A DNA stretch of 64,000 nt, taken from sequence record NC_028780.1; one strand, given 5' to 3'. Source of the stretch: Escherichia phage slur07. Below, one piece after another: positions 39,227 through 48,977 of this stretch. A program made the translations under genes and the position numbers. The notes beneath the pieces are model-generated. The model worked only from the letters and a program-made list of their open reading frames with translations, did no database searches and was not told the DNA's origin. How positions within the stretch are numbered: the stretch's first letter is position 1; each line of letters begins with the position of its first letter.

Positions 39227-41920
39227 AAAGAATTTTATATCTCTATTGAAACAGTCGGAAATAATATTGTTGAACGTTATATTGATGAAAATGGAAAGGA
39301 ACGTACTCGTGAAGTAGAATATCTTCCAACTATGTTTAGGCATTGTAAGGAAGAGTCAAAGTACAAAGACATCTATGGTAAAAACTGCGCTCCTCAAAAA
39401 TTTCCATCAATGAAAGATGCTCGAGATTGGATGAAACGAATGGAAGACATCGGTCTCGAAGCTCTCGGTATGAACGATTTTAAACTCGCTTATATCAGTG
39501 ATACATACGGTTCAGAAATTGTTTATGACCGAAAATTTGTTCGTGTAGCTAACTGTGACATTGAGGTTACTGGTGATAAATTTCCTGACCCAATGAAAGC
39601 TGAATATGAAATTGATGCTATCACTCATTACGATTCAATTGATGATCGTTTTTATGTTTTCGACCTTTTGAATTCAATGTATGGTTCAGTATCAAAATGG
39701 GATGCAAAGTTAGCTGCTAAGCTTGACTGTGAAGGTGGTGATGAAGTTCCTCAAGAAATTCTTGACCGAGTAATTTATATGCCATTCGATAATGAGCGTG
39801 ATATGCTCATGGAATATATCAATCTCTGGGAACAGAAACGACCTGCTATTTTTACTGGTTGGAATATTGAGGGATTTGACGTTCCGTATATCATGAATCG
39901 CGTTAAAATGGTTCTCGGTGAACGTAGTATGAAACGCTTCTCTCCAATCGGTCGAGTAAAATCTAAACTTATCCAAAATATGTACGGTAGCAAAGAAATT
40001 TATTCTATTGATGGCGTATCTATTCTTGATTATTTAGATTTGTATAAGAAATTCGCATTTACTAATTTGCCGTCATTCTCTTTGGAATCAGTTGCTCAGC
40101 ATGAAACCAAAAAAGGTAAATTACCATACGACGGTCCTATTAATAAACTTCGTGAGACTAATCATCAACGATACATTAGTTATAACATCATTGACGTAGA
40201 ATCAGTTCAAGCAATTGATAAAATTCGCGGGTTTATCGATCTAGTTTTAAGTATGTCTTATTACGCTAAAATGCCTTTTTCCGGTGTAATGAGTCCTATT
40301 AAAACTTGGGATGCTATTATTTTTAACTCATTGAAAGGTGAACATAAGGTTATTCCTCAACAAGGTTCGCACGTTAAACAAAGTTTTCCGGGTGCATTTG
40401 TATTTGAACCTAAACCAATTGCTCGTCGATATATTATGAGTTTTGACTTGACGTCTCTGTATCCGAGCATTATTCGTCAGGTTAACATTAGTCCTGAGAC
40501 TATTCGCGGACAGTTTAAAGTTCATCCAATTCATGAATATATCGCAGGAACAGCTCCTAAACCGAGCGATGAATATTCTTGTTCTCCGAATGGATGGATG
40601 TATGATAAGCATCAAGAAGGTATCATTCCAAAGGAAATCGCTAAAGTATTTTTCCAGCGTAAAGATTGGAAAAAGAAAATGTTCGCTGAAGAAATGAATG
40701 CCGAAGCTATTAAAAAGATTATTATGAAAGGCGCAGGGTCCTGTTCAACTAAACCAGAAGTTGAACGATATGTTAAGTTCAGTGATGATTTCTTAAATGA
40801 ACTATCGAATTATACTGAATCTGTTCTCAATAGTTTGATTGAGGAATGTGAAAAAGCAGCTACACTTGCTAATACAAATCAGCTGAACCGTAAAATTCTT
40901 ATTAACAGTCTTTATGGTGCTCTTGGTAATATTCATTTCCGTTACTATGATTTGCGAAATGCTACTGCTATCACAATTTTCGGCCAAGTTGGTATTCAGT
41001 GGATTGCTCGTAAAATTAATGAATATCTGAATAAAGTATGCGGAACTAATGGTGAAGATTTCATTGCAGCAGGTGATACTGATTCGGTATATGTTTGTGT
41101 AGATAAAGTTATTGAAAAAGTTGGTCTTGACCGATTCAAAGAGCAGAACGATTTGGTTGAATTCATGAATCAGTTCGGTAAGAAAAAGATGGAACCTATG
41201 ATTGATGTTGCATATCGTGAGTTATGTGATTATATGAATAACCGCGAGCATCTGATGCATATGGACCGTGAAGCTATTTCTTGCCCTCCACTTGGTTCAA
41301 AGGGCATTGGCGGATTTTGGAAAGCGAAAAAGCGTTATGCTCTGAACGTTTATGATATGGAAGATAAGCGATTTGCTGAACCACATCTAAAAATCATGGG
41401 TATGGAAACTCAGCAGAGTTCAACACCAAAGGCAGTGCAAGAAGCTCTCGAAGAAAGTATTCGTCGTATTCTTCAGGAAGGTGAAGAGTCTGTCCAAGAA
41501 TATTACAAAAACTTCGAGAAAGAATATCGTCAACTTGACTATAAAGTTATTGCTGAAGTAAAAACTGCGAACGATATAGCGAAATATGATGATAAAGGTT
41601 GGCCAGGATTTAAATGTCCGTTCCATATTCGTGGTGTGCTAACTTATCGTCGAGCTGTTAGTGGTCTGGGTGTAGCTCCAATTTTGGATGGAAATAAAGT
41701 AATGGTTCTTCCATTGCGTGAAGGAAATCCATTTGGTGACAAGTGCATTGCTTGGCCGTCGGGCACAGAACTTCCAAAAGAAATTCGTTCTGATGTACTA
41801 TCTTGGATTGACTACTCAACTTTGTTCCAAAAATCGTTTGTTAAACCGCTTGCGGGTATGTGTGAATCGGCAGGTATGGACTATGAGGAAAAAGCTTCGT
41901 TAGACTTCCTGTTTGGCTGA
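39224..41920 (+). CDS. 43: DNA polymerase (family B)
   Basis: 898 aa; exonuclease and polymerase motifs (SLYPS, YGALG, DTDS); matches T4 gp43. Confidence 0.97.
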   Translation: MKEFYISIETVGNNIVERYIDENGKERTREVEYLPTMFRHCKEESKYKDIYGKNCAPQKFPSMKDARDWMKRMEDIGLEALGMNDFKLAYISDTYGSEIVYDRKFVRVANCDIEVTGDKFPDPMKAEYEIDAITHYDSIDDRFYVFDLLNSMYGSVSKWDAKLAAKLDCEGGDEVPQEILDRVIYMPFDNERDMLMEYINLWEQKRPAIFTGWNIEGFDVPYIMNRVKMVLGERSMKRFSPIGRVKSKLIQNMYGSKEIYSIDGVSILDYLDLYKKFAFTNLPSFSLESVAQHETKKGKLPYDGPINKLRETNHQRYISYNIIDVESVQAIDKIRGFIDLVLSMSYYAKMPFSGVMSPIKTWDAIIFNSLKGEHKVIPQQGSHVKQSFPGAFVFEPKPIARRYIMSFDLTSLYPSIIRQVNISPETIRGQFKVHPIHEYIAGTAPKPSDEYSCSPNGWMYDKHQEGIIPKEIAKVFFQRKDWKKKMFAEEMNAEAIKKIIMKGAGSCSTKPEVERYVKFSDDFLNELSNYTESVLNSLIEECEKAATLANTNQLNRKILINSLYGALGNIHFRYYDLRNATAITIFGQVGIQWIARKINEYLNKVCGTNGEDFIAAGDTDSVYVCVDKVIEKVGLDRFKEQNDLVEFMNQFGKKKMEPMIDVAYRELCDYMNNREHLMHMDREAISCPPLGSKGIGGFWKAKKRYALNVYDMEDKRFAEPHLKIMGMETQQSSTPKAVQEALEESIRRILQEGEESVQEYYKNFEKEYRQLDYKVIAEVKTANDIAKYDDKGWPGFKCPFHIRGVLTYRRAVSGLGVAPILDGNKVMVLPLREGNPFGDKCIAWPSGTELPKEIRSDVLSWIDYSTLFQKSFVKPLAGMCESAGMDYEEKASLDFLFG

Positions 41921-41932
41921 TAGAATAAATCT

Positions 41933-41955
41933 AGGGACCTCCGGGTCCCTTTTTC
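41933..41955 (+). terminator. rho-independent terminator
   Basis: AGGGACC-TCCG-GGTCCCT followed by TTTTT. Confidence 0.55.
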
Positions 41956-42036
41956 ATACAAGTAATATAAATCTATACTTATGAAAAACAGATGATTCTG
42001 GACCTTTAGAATTCCCTAAAAAATTTTCACAAAACT

Positions 42037-42066
42037 GTTTACAAGACTGTTCCTCTGTGGTACTAT
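42037..42066 (+). promoter_or_regulatory. T4-type early promoter (cassette shared with 14816 and 16255)
   Basis: GTTTAC 42037-42042, TACTAT 42061-42066. Confidence 0.6.
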
Positions 42067-42110
42067 ACAACTATCAACTAATACGGATTTGGAGAATAAA
42101 ATGAAAATTG
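42058..42110 (+). repeat. promoter-leader-start cassette, copy of 14837-14889
   Basis: 51/53 identical. Confidence 0.8.
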
Positions 42111-42337
42111 TTTATGGTTGCTTAGCAGTGTGTTTAGTTGCATTAGCCGCTGTTCCATTTATTGATATTGAAAATGATACTCAGAATGTGATTGAATCTA
42201 ATACTGTTATTCACATGAATGGTAAAGTATCAACAAAAATTGATGATAATCTTCATATGAATACTAATGGAACGCTGGGTGTTCAATTAGGTAATACCTG
42301 TGTAAGCACTACTGGAGTAATTACTACTTGTATTTGA
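42101..42337 (+). CDS. small secreted/membrane protein
   Basis: 78 aa with signal peptide. Confidence 0.5.
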   Translation: MKIVYGCLAVCLVALAAVPFIDIENDTQNVIESNTVIHMNGKVSTKIDDNLHMNTNGTLGVQLGNTCVSTTGVITTCI

Positions 42338-42347
42338 GGAAATTATT

Positions 42348-42728
42348 ATGAAAATCGCTATTTTGATTATTGCATTAGGTCTTACTGGCTGTGTAGCTCA
42401 AGGACCAGTAGTAAATCAGTCTGATGCAGGAAAAATTGTAAACTGTTCAAGCAAGTTTTATAATCCTAATGTCAAGTGTTATAAAGAAGCTCCAAAACAG
42501 ACAGTAGAACAAATGCAGGCGAATTTTGACGAAGCTATTCGTCCAGATGAATCTGCTCAAGCATATCGTAATTCGGATGTAATTACACGCGAAGAAAAAA
42601 TTGAAAACTACTGCGCCGAAATTTGGGCTAATTGGGCTAATAATTACCAATGGCGTACTGGTAAAAATGCTCCGATGGAGTATGTAGTGAATTCTTATAA
42701 TTCATGCGTAAAAAATTTGACTAAGTGA
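42348..42728 (+). CDS. lipoprotein
   Basis: signal peptide with lipobox LTGC. Confidence 0.55.
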   Translation: MKIAILIIALGLTGCVAQGPVVNQSDAGKIVNCSSKFYNPNVKCYKEAPKQTVEQMQANFDEAIRPDESAQAYRNSDVITREEKIENYCAEIWANWANNYQWRTGKNAPMEYVVNSYNSCVKNLTK

Positions 42729-42735
42729 GGAAAAG

Positions 42736-42987
42736 ATGGAAACTTTAGTAGCAGGTTCAATTTTTATGGTTTTAGTTTCAGGCGTGTTGGCTATTATTAT
42801 ATACATGCTTCCATGGTTCATTGCCTTGATGCGTGGGTCAAAATCAACAGTAGGAATCTTTTTCACGTCTTTACTGTTTAACTGGTCAATTATTGGTTGG
42901 TTTATTACATTTATTTGGTCAATTGCGGGTGAAACCAAAAAGTCTGCACAGCCAAATCAGGTAATTATCATCAGAGAGAAGGAATGA
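42736..42987 (+). CDS. imm: superinfection-immunity membrane protein (Imm-like)
   Basis: 83 aa, two TM helices, location between 43 and 42 as in T4. Confidence 0.6.
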   Translation: METLVAGSIFMVLVSGVLAIIIYMLPWFIALMRGSKSTVGIFFTSLLFNWSIIGWFITFIWSIAGETKKSAQPNQVIIIREKE

Positions 42988-43133
42988 AAAGCAAAATTAT
43001 AGCAGCATTGCTTTTAATCTTGATGGTTATAATAAGTATATACTATAGTGTAACGGTTCCTCTTATGATTCCAACTATTATTTTAGGTTGGGGTTTATTA
43101 CTGTTACAAGTTAAATATGAATGTATCAATTGA
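42984..43133 (+). CDS. small membrane protein
   Basis: 49 codons, hydrophobic, ATGA overlap. Confidence 0.4.
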   Translation: MKSKIIAALLLILMVIISIYYSVTVPLMIPTIILGWGLLLLQVKYECIN

Positions 43134-43140
43134 GGTTTAA

Positions 43141-43881
43141 ATGATTAGTGACTCTATGACAGTTGAAGAAATCCGTCTTCATTTGGGGCTTGCATTAAAG
43201 GAAAAAGATTTCGTAGTTGATAAAACTGGCGTTAAAACTATTGAAATTATTGGCGCATCATTTGTAGCAGATGAACCGTTTATTTTTGGCGCTCTTAATG
43301 ATGAATACATTCAGCGTGAACTTGAATGGTATAAATCTAAGAGCTTGTTCGTTAAAGATATTCCGGGTGAAACACCGAAGATTTGGCAACAAGTAGCATC
43401 TTCTAAAGGTGAAATTAACTCGAATTATGGTTGGGCTATCTGGTCAGAAGATAACTATGCCCAGTATGATATGTGTTTAGCTGAACTTGGTCAAAATCCT
43501 GATTCTCGGCGCGGTATCATGATTTATACTCGTCCATCTATGCAGTTTGACTACAATAAAGATGGTATGTCAGATTTCATGTGTACGAATACAGTACAAT
43601 ACCTGATTCGTGATAAGAAAGTCAATGCAGTAGTAAGCATGCGCTCAAATGACGTGGTCTTCGGATTCCGTAATGATTATGCATGGCAAAAATACGTATT
43701 AGATAAATTAGTATCTGATTTGAATGCAGGCGATTCAACTCGTCAATATAAAGCAGGTTTTATTATATGGAATGTTGGAAGTCTTCATGTATATTCTCGT
43801 CATTTTTATTTGGTTGATCATTGGTGGAATACTGGCGAAACTCATATTGTGAAAAAAGACTATAAAGGTGAGTGGAAATGA
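43141..43881 (+). CDS. 42: dCMP hydroxymethylase
   Basis: 246 aa; thymidylate-synthase-like; size and position match T4 gp42. Confidence 0.93.
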   Translation: MISDSMTVEEIRLHLGLALKEKDFVVDKTGVKTIEIIGASFVADEPFIFGALNDEYIQRELEWYKSKSLFVKDIPGETPKIWQQVASSKGEINSNYGWAIWSEDNYAQYDMCLAELGQNPDSRRGIMIYTRPSMQFDYNKDGMSDFMCTNTVQYLIRDKKVNAVVSMRSNDVVFGFRNDYAWQKYVLDKLVSDLNAGDSTRQYKAGFIIWNVGSLHVYSRHFYLVDHWWNTGETHIVKKDYKGEWK

Positions 43882-44720
43882 TTCAATTCGTAATTCCAAG
43901 TTATCAGCGTGTAGGGGCAGTTTCTGCCCTTGATATGTTTCCGACTGATTATGAACCGCATATTGTAGTGCGTGAACACGAAGAAAAAGCTTATTATGAT
44001 GCCTATGGGTCTAGAGCTAAAATTATAACTATTCCTGATGATGTAAACGGAATTGCCGGTACTCGTAAAGCAATTACTGATATGTATGCAGGTCAACGAA
44101 TCTGGATGATTGACGATGATACTACTATTCGTATGAGTTCAATGCGAAAAAGAGATGACCGTCGTTGTGTAGATAAAGTCAATCAATTAACCCGTGAACA
44201 GTTCTATGAATTGATTCAATACGTCGAAGATGCCATGGATTGTGGGTATTATCATGGTCATGCTCGTCTACCTATTTTTAAAATTACTTCATCTTGGGGT
44301 AATTATCGTGAAAATTCATATGGATTCACGAATACATGGTATGACCTTGGAAAACTTACAACAGAACAAATTGGGTATGGAAAAATTGATTTATGCGAAG
44401 ATATGTATGCATTTCTCAATTTAATTAATCAAGGTTATCCGCATTTGGCCTTGTTCAAATATCTGGTTGTATCTGGAAAAGCACAAGCTCCTGGCGGATG
44501 TAGTTCAATTCGTAGTAATTCTAAACATAATAGAGCGCTTGAACAAATCAATAGAGAGTTTCCAGAGCAAGCTCGTTGGAAAACTTCTAATATTGAAAAA
44601 CGAAAATCGTTGGGTGAAGAAGACGAGCCATTAAAGGTTCTTCGCATGTGTGTTTCTCGTAAAGAAAAATCAGAAGCATTTCATAAGTTTAATGCTATTC
44701 ATCCAATAGCAGTTGATTAA
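43878..44720 (+). CDS. GT-A type glycosyltransferase in the T4 beta-gt position
   Basis: DxD motif IWMIDDDTTI; 280 aa; not the T4 beta-glucosyltransferase sequence as recalled. Confidence 0.65.
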   Translation: MIQFVIPSYQRVGAVSALDMFPTDYEPHIVVREHEEKAYYDAYGSRAKIITIPDDVNGIAGTRKAITDMYAGQRIWMIDDDTTIRMSSMRKRDDRRCVDKVNQLTREQFYELIQYVEDAMDCGYYHGHARLPIFKITSSWGNYRENSYGFTNTWYDLGKLTTEQIGYGKIDLCEDMYAFLNLINQGYPHLALFKYLVVSGKAQAPGGCSSIRSNSKHNRALEQINREFPEQARWKTSNIEKRKSLGEEDEPLKVLRMCVSRKEKSEAFHKFNAIHPIAVD

Positions 44721-44797
44721 TGCCTAAATTTATTGTGTTATAATTACTCTATCTTTAACCAGTGAGGAAAATATAATGATGCCTATGGAAAAAATGA

Positions 44798-45979
44798 ATG
44801 TCTATTGCAGATTTAAAATCCCGTTTGATTAAAGCTTCCACTTCTAAAATGACTGCTGAACTGACTACATCTAAATTCTTTAATGAAAAGGATGTAATCC
44901 GTACAAAAATCCCAATGCTTAATATTGCTATTTCTGGTGCGATTGATGGCGGTATGCAGTCTGGTTTAACTATTTTCGCAGGGCCTTCTAAACACTTTAA
45001 ATCAAATATGTCTTTGACTATGGTTGCGGCATATTTGAACAAATATCCTGACGCGGTTTGTCTATTCTATGATAGCGAATTTGGTATTACTCCAGCTTAT
45101 TTGCGATCCATGGGAGTTGACCCGGAACGAGTAATTCATACGCCAATTCAGTCAGTTGAACAGCTGAAAATTGATATGGTGAACCAGCTTGAAGCTATTG
45201 AGCGTGGTGAAAAGGTTATTGTATTCATCGACTCAATCGGTAATATGGCTTCTAAGAAAGAAACTGAAGATGCCTTGAATGAAAAATCTGTGGCAGATAT
45301 GACTCGTGCTAAATCACTGAAGTCATTATTCCGTATTGTTACTCCTTATTTTAGCATTAAAAATATTCCGTGCGTTGCGGTTAACCATACAATTGAAACC
45401 ATTGAAATGTTTAGTAAAACCGTGATGACAGGTGGTACAGGCGTAATGTATTCGGCTGATACTGTATTCATTATCGGTAAGCGTCAGATTAAAGATGGTT
45501 CTGATCTTCAGGGGTATCAATTTGTTCTAAATGTAGAAAAATCTCGTACCGTTAAAGAAAAAAGTAAATTCTTTATTGATGTTAAATTTGACGGTGGTAT
45601 CGATCCTTATTCTGGATTGTTAGATATGGCTCTAGAATTAGGATTTGTAGTAAAACCTAAAAATGGCTGGTATGCTCGTGAATTTCTTGACGAAGAAACC
45701 GGCGAGATGATTCGCGAAGAAAAATCTTGGCGTGCAAAAGATACCAACTGCACTACATTCTGGGGTCCTTTATTTAAGCATCAACCATTCCGAGATGCTA
45801 TTAAACGTGCTTATCAGTTAGGTGCTATTGATAGTAATGAAATTGTTGAAGCTGAAGTTGATGAATTGATTAACTCAAAGGTTGAAAAATTTAAATCTCC
45901 AGAAAGTAAAAGTAAATCAGCAGCTGATTTAGAAACTGACCTCGAACAGTTAAGTGATATGGAAGAATTTAATGAATAA
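44798..45979 (+). CDS. uvsX: RecA-like recombinase UvsX
   Basis: 393 aa; matches T4 UvsX throughout. Confidence 0.95.
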   Translation: MSIADLKSRLIKASTSKMTAELTTSKFFNEKDVIRTKIPMLNIAISGAIDGGMQSGLTIFAGPSKHFKSNMSLTMVAAYLNKYPDAVCLFYDSEFGITPAYLRSMGVDPERVIHTPIQSVEQLKIDMVNQLEAIERGEKVIVFIDSIGNMASKKETEDALNEKSVADMTRAKSLKSLFRIVTPYFSIKNIPCVAVNHTIETIEMFSKTVMTGGTGVMYSADTVFIIGKRQIKDGSDLQGYQFVLNVEKSRTVKEKSKFFIDVKFDGGIDPYSGLLDMALELGFVVKPKNGWYAREFLDEETGEMIREEKSWRAKDTNCTTFWGPLFKHQPFRDAIKRAYQLGAIDSNEIVEAEVDELINSKVEKFKSPESKSKSAADLETDLEQLSDMEEFNE

Positions 45980-46316
45980 AGATGATTTAGATTTAGATCT
46001 AGAAATTATCGATGAATCCCCCTCTTCGGAGGGGGAAGAAGAAAGAAAAGAACGTCTTTTTAATGAATCTCTTAAGATAATTAAATCTGCCATGGAAAAT
46101 GTTATCCAGGAGATTGTCATTAAACTAGAAGATGGTTCTACACATATAGTGTATGTAACTAAACTGGATTGGGTTGATGGAAAGGTTGTAATGGACTTTG
46201 CTGTTCTTGACCAAGAAAGAAAAGCTGAGTTAGCTCCTCATGTAGAAAAATGTATTACAATGCAACTGCAAGATGCATTTAATAAAAGGTCAAAGAAAAA
46301 ATTTAAATTCTTTTAA
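45972..46316 (+). CDS. 40: head vertex assembly chaperone gp40
   Basis: 114 aa from ATG 45972; position between uvsX and 41. Confidence 0.7.
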   Translation: MNKDDLDLDLEIIDESPSSEGEEERKERLFNESLKIIKSAMENVIQEIVIKLEDGSTHIVYVTKLDWVDGKVVMDFAVLDQERKAELAPHVEKCITMQLQDAFNKRSKKKFKFF

Positions 46317-46325
46317 GGAGTAAGT

Positions 46326-47753
46326 GTGGTAGAAATTATTCTTTCTCATCTCATATTTGATCAAGCTTATTTTTCAAAAGTTTGGCCATATATGGATTCA
46401 GAATATTTTGAAAGTGGTCCAGCTAAAAATACATTCAAATTAATTAAATCTCATGTTAATGAGTACCATAGCGTTCCATCTATTAATGCGTTAAATGTTG
46501 CATTAGAAAATAGTTCATTTACTGAAACAGAATATTCTGGTGTAAAAACACTTATTTCAAAACTGGCTGATTCTCCGGAAGACCACAGCTGGTTAGTAAA
46601 AGAAACAGAAAAATATGTTCAGCAAAGGGCGATGTTTAATGCTACGTCTAAAATAATCGAAATTCAAACTAATGCTGAGCTTCCTCCGGAAAAACGAAAT
46701 AAGAAAATGCCGGACGTTGGTGCTATTCCTGACATTATGCGACAAGCATTATCAATTTCATTTGATAGTTACGTTGGTCATGATTGGATGGATGACTACG
46801 AAGCACGTTGGCTATCTTATATGAATAAAGCTCGTAAGGTTCCATTTAAACTCAGAATTCTAAACAAAATTACTAAAGGCGGAGCTGAGACTGGAACACT
46901 GAACGTTTTAATGGCTGGAGTTAACGTTGGTAAGTCATTAGGATTGTGTTCATTGGCAGCAGATTATTTGCAGCTCGGACATAATGTTCTTTACATTTCC
47001 ATGGAAATGGCAGAAGAAGTCTGTGCTAAGCGTATTGATGCTAATATGCTTGATGTTTCTCTTGATGATATTGATGATGGGCATATTTCTTACGCTGAAT
47101 ATAAAGGAAAAATGGAAAAATGGCGTGAGAAATCTACCCTTGGTCGTTTAATCGTTAAGCAATATCCTACTGGTGGAGCAGACGCTAATACATTTCGATC
47201 ACTTTTAAATGAATTAAAGCTCAAGAAGAATTTTGTTCCAACAATCATTATTGTCGACTATCTAGGTATTTGTAAATCTTGCCGCATCAGAGTTTACTCA
47301 GAAAATAGTTACACAACTGTTAAAGCTATCGCAGAGGAATTGCGTGCTCTGGCTGTTGAAACCGAAACTGTTCTTTGGACTGCAGCACAGGTCGGTAAAC
47401 AAGCTTGGGACTCTTCCGATGTTAACATGAGCGATATTGCAGAATCTGCTGGTCTTCCAGCAACAGCTGATTTTATGCTTGCGGTCATTGAAACCGAGGA
47501 GCTAGCAGCTGCTGAACAACAACTCATTAAGCAAATCAAATCACGATATGGCGATAAGAATAAGTGGAATAAGTTTTTAATGGGTGTTCAAAAGGGAAAT
47601 CAGAAATGGGTAGAAATTGAACAAGATTCTACTCCAACTGAAGTGAGTGAAGTAGCAGGTTCACAACAGATTCAGGCTGAACAGAATCGCTATCAAAGAA
47701 ACGAATCAGCTCGAGCTCAGTTAGATGCTTTGGCAAATGAATTAAAATTTTAG
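46326..47753 (+). CDS. 41: replicative DNA helicase
   Basis: 475 aa, GTG start; Walker A GVNVGKS; matches T4 gp41. Confidence 0.95.
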   Translation: MVEIILSHLIFDQAYFSKVWPYMDSEYFESGPAKNTFKLIKSHVNEYHSVPSINALNVALENSSFTETEYSGVKTLISKLADSPEDHSWLVKETEKYVQQRAMFNATSKIIEIQTNAELPPEKRNKKMPDVGAIPDIMRQALSISFDSYVGHDWMDDYEARWLSYMNKARKVPFKLRILNKITKGGAETGTLNVLMAGVNVGKSLGLCSLAADYLQLGHNVLYISMEMAEEVCAKRIDANMLDVSLDDIDDGHISYAEYKGKMEKWREKSTLGRLIVKQYPTGGADANTFRSLLNELKLKKNFVPTIIIVDYLGICKSCRIRVYSENSYTTVKAIAEELRALAVETETVLWTAAQVGKQAWDSSDVNMSDIAESAGLPATADFMLAVIETEELAAAEQQLIKQIKSRYGDKNKWNKFLMGVQKGNQKWVEIEQDSTPTEVSEVAGSQQIQAEQNRYQRNESARAQLDALANELKF

Positions 47754-47782
47754 TTTACAAGCTGACAAGACTATGGTATAGT
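47753..47782 (+). promoter_or_regulatory. T4-type early promoter
   Basis: GTTTAC 47753-47758 overlapping gene 41 stop, TATAGT 47777-47782. Confidence 0.55.
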
Positions 47783-47811
47783 AGTCTTGTTGGTTAAATG
47801 AGGAGATTGTT

Positions 47812-47994
47812 ATGGAATTGGTAAAGGTAGTTTTTATGGGGTGGTTTAAGAATGAAAGCATGTTTACTAAAGAAATCACAATGATGAAAGATGACGTTCA
47901 ATGGGCTACTACTCAATATGCTGAAGTTAATAAAGCATTAGTTGAAGCTTTCATTGATGACAAGAAAGTATGTGAAGTGGATTGCCGAGGATAA
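47812..47994 (+). CDS. dmd: Dmd antitoxin (inhibitor of RnlA/LsoA)
   Basis: 60 aa; size and position next to 41 match T4 Dmd. Confidence 0.8.
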   Translation: MELVKVVFMGWFKNESMFTKEITMMKDDVQWATTQYAEVNKALVEAFIDDKKVCEVDCRG

Positions 47995-47995
47995 T

Positions 47996-48253
47996 ATGCA
48001 TATTGTTTTATTTAAACCTACTCCGTATAACGTCAGGAAAAATACACAATTTAAAGCACTTATTGCAGATACGTGGGAATTGGTGTTAGATATTCCAGCA
48101 GAAGAAAGTCCTCCATTTGGTCGAGTGGAATTTATTAAGTTTGCTGTACGTCCTACGAAGCGACAGATTCGTCAGTGTAAAAGGTATTTTCGTAAGATCG
48201 TTAAGCTAGAGAAACAGTTTGTAACATGTGATTACGCAGAAGTTTTAAAATAA
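47996..48253 (+). CDS. hypothetical small protein (T4 61.4 position)
   Basis: 85 aa from ATG 47996. Confidence 0.5.
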   Translation: MHIVLFKPTPYNVRKNTQFKALIADTWELVLDIPAEESPPFGRVEFIKFAVRPTKRQIRQCKRYFRKIVKLEKQFVTCDYAEVLK

Positions 48254-48255
48254 CT

Positions 48256-48285
48256 GTTTACTTTTGTTGGAAATTGAGATACTAT
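48256..48285 (+). promoter_or_regulatory. T4-type early promoter
   Basis: GTTTAC 48256-48261, TACTAT 48280-48285. Confidence 0.55.
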
Positions 48286-48313
48286 ATAAACATAAACTAC
48301 TGAGGAGATTATC

Positions 48314-48607
48314 ATGAAAAAATTTATCTTTGCCACAATTTTTGCTTTAGCTTCTTGTGCTGCTCAGCCTGCTATGGCAGGTTATGATAAAGATTTGTGC
48401 GAATGGTCTATGACTGCTGATCAGACTGAGGTTGAAACTCAAATTGAAGCAGATATTATGAATATCGTTGAGCGCGATCGCCCTGAAATGAAAGCTGAAG
48501 TGCAAAAACAGCTTAAGTCTGGTGGTGTAATGCAGTATAATTATGTTCTGTATTGCGATAAAAACTTTAATAATAAAAATATCATCGCTGAAGTGGTAGG
48601 TGAGTAA
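48314..48607 (+). CDS. sp: spackle periplasmic protein
   Basis: 97 aa with signal peptide; size and position match T4 Sp. Confidence 0.75.
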   Translation: MKKFIFATIFALASCAAQPAMAGYDKDLCEWSMTADQTEVETQIEADIMNIVERDRPEMKAEVQKQLKSGGVMQYNYVLYCDKNFNNKNIIAEVVGE

Positions 48608-48619
48608 TTAGAGGTTAAT

Positions 48620-48976
48620 ATGTATAGTTCTGAATTTTCATATTTAAAAATGGAAAAAATTTCATACGATTTTATAGATGAAAAGGTTTATTACAGTTTC
48701 CATGAACCACGTTTTAATAGTGAGGTTGGGTTTATTGTAGTAAAAGATAATTTTATTTTAAAAATATATTCAGCATTAAAGGATTTTCATTACGAAAATA
48801 TTAACCTAAAATTTAATAAAGAAAACGTTCGTAATTGCGCAGTAACAATTACAGGAAATAAAGGTACATGTGTTATGCTATCTGATGAAATTAATGATTT
48901 GCTAAATGATGCAGAAAATATTACTGCACCATCTATTGATGACCAAATTTTTAATGCTTTTATGAATAGAGGTTAA
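48620..48976 (+). CDS. hypothetical protein (T4 61.2 position)
   Basis: 118-aa ORF. Confidence 0.5.
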   Translation: MYSSEFSYLKMEKISYDFIDEKVYYSFHEPRFNSEVGFIVVKDNFILKIYSALKDFHYENINLKFNKENVRNCAVTITGNKGTCVMLSDEINDLLNDAENITAPSIDDQIFNAFMNRG

Positions 48977-48977
48977 T

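Noticed and set aside
47726-47748. MotA-box-like TGCTTTG plus TAAAAT inside the 3' end of gene 41
   Set aside because: Spacer is only 10 nt and the box has a mismatch; the adjacent early promoter explains dmd expression.
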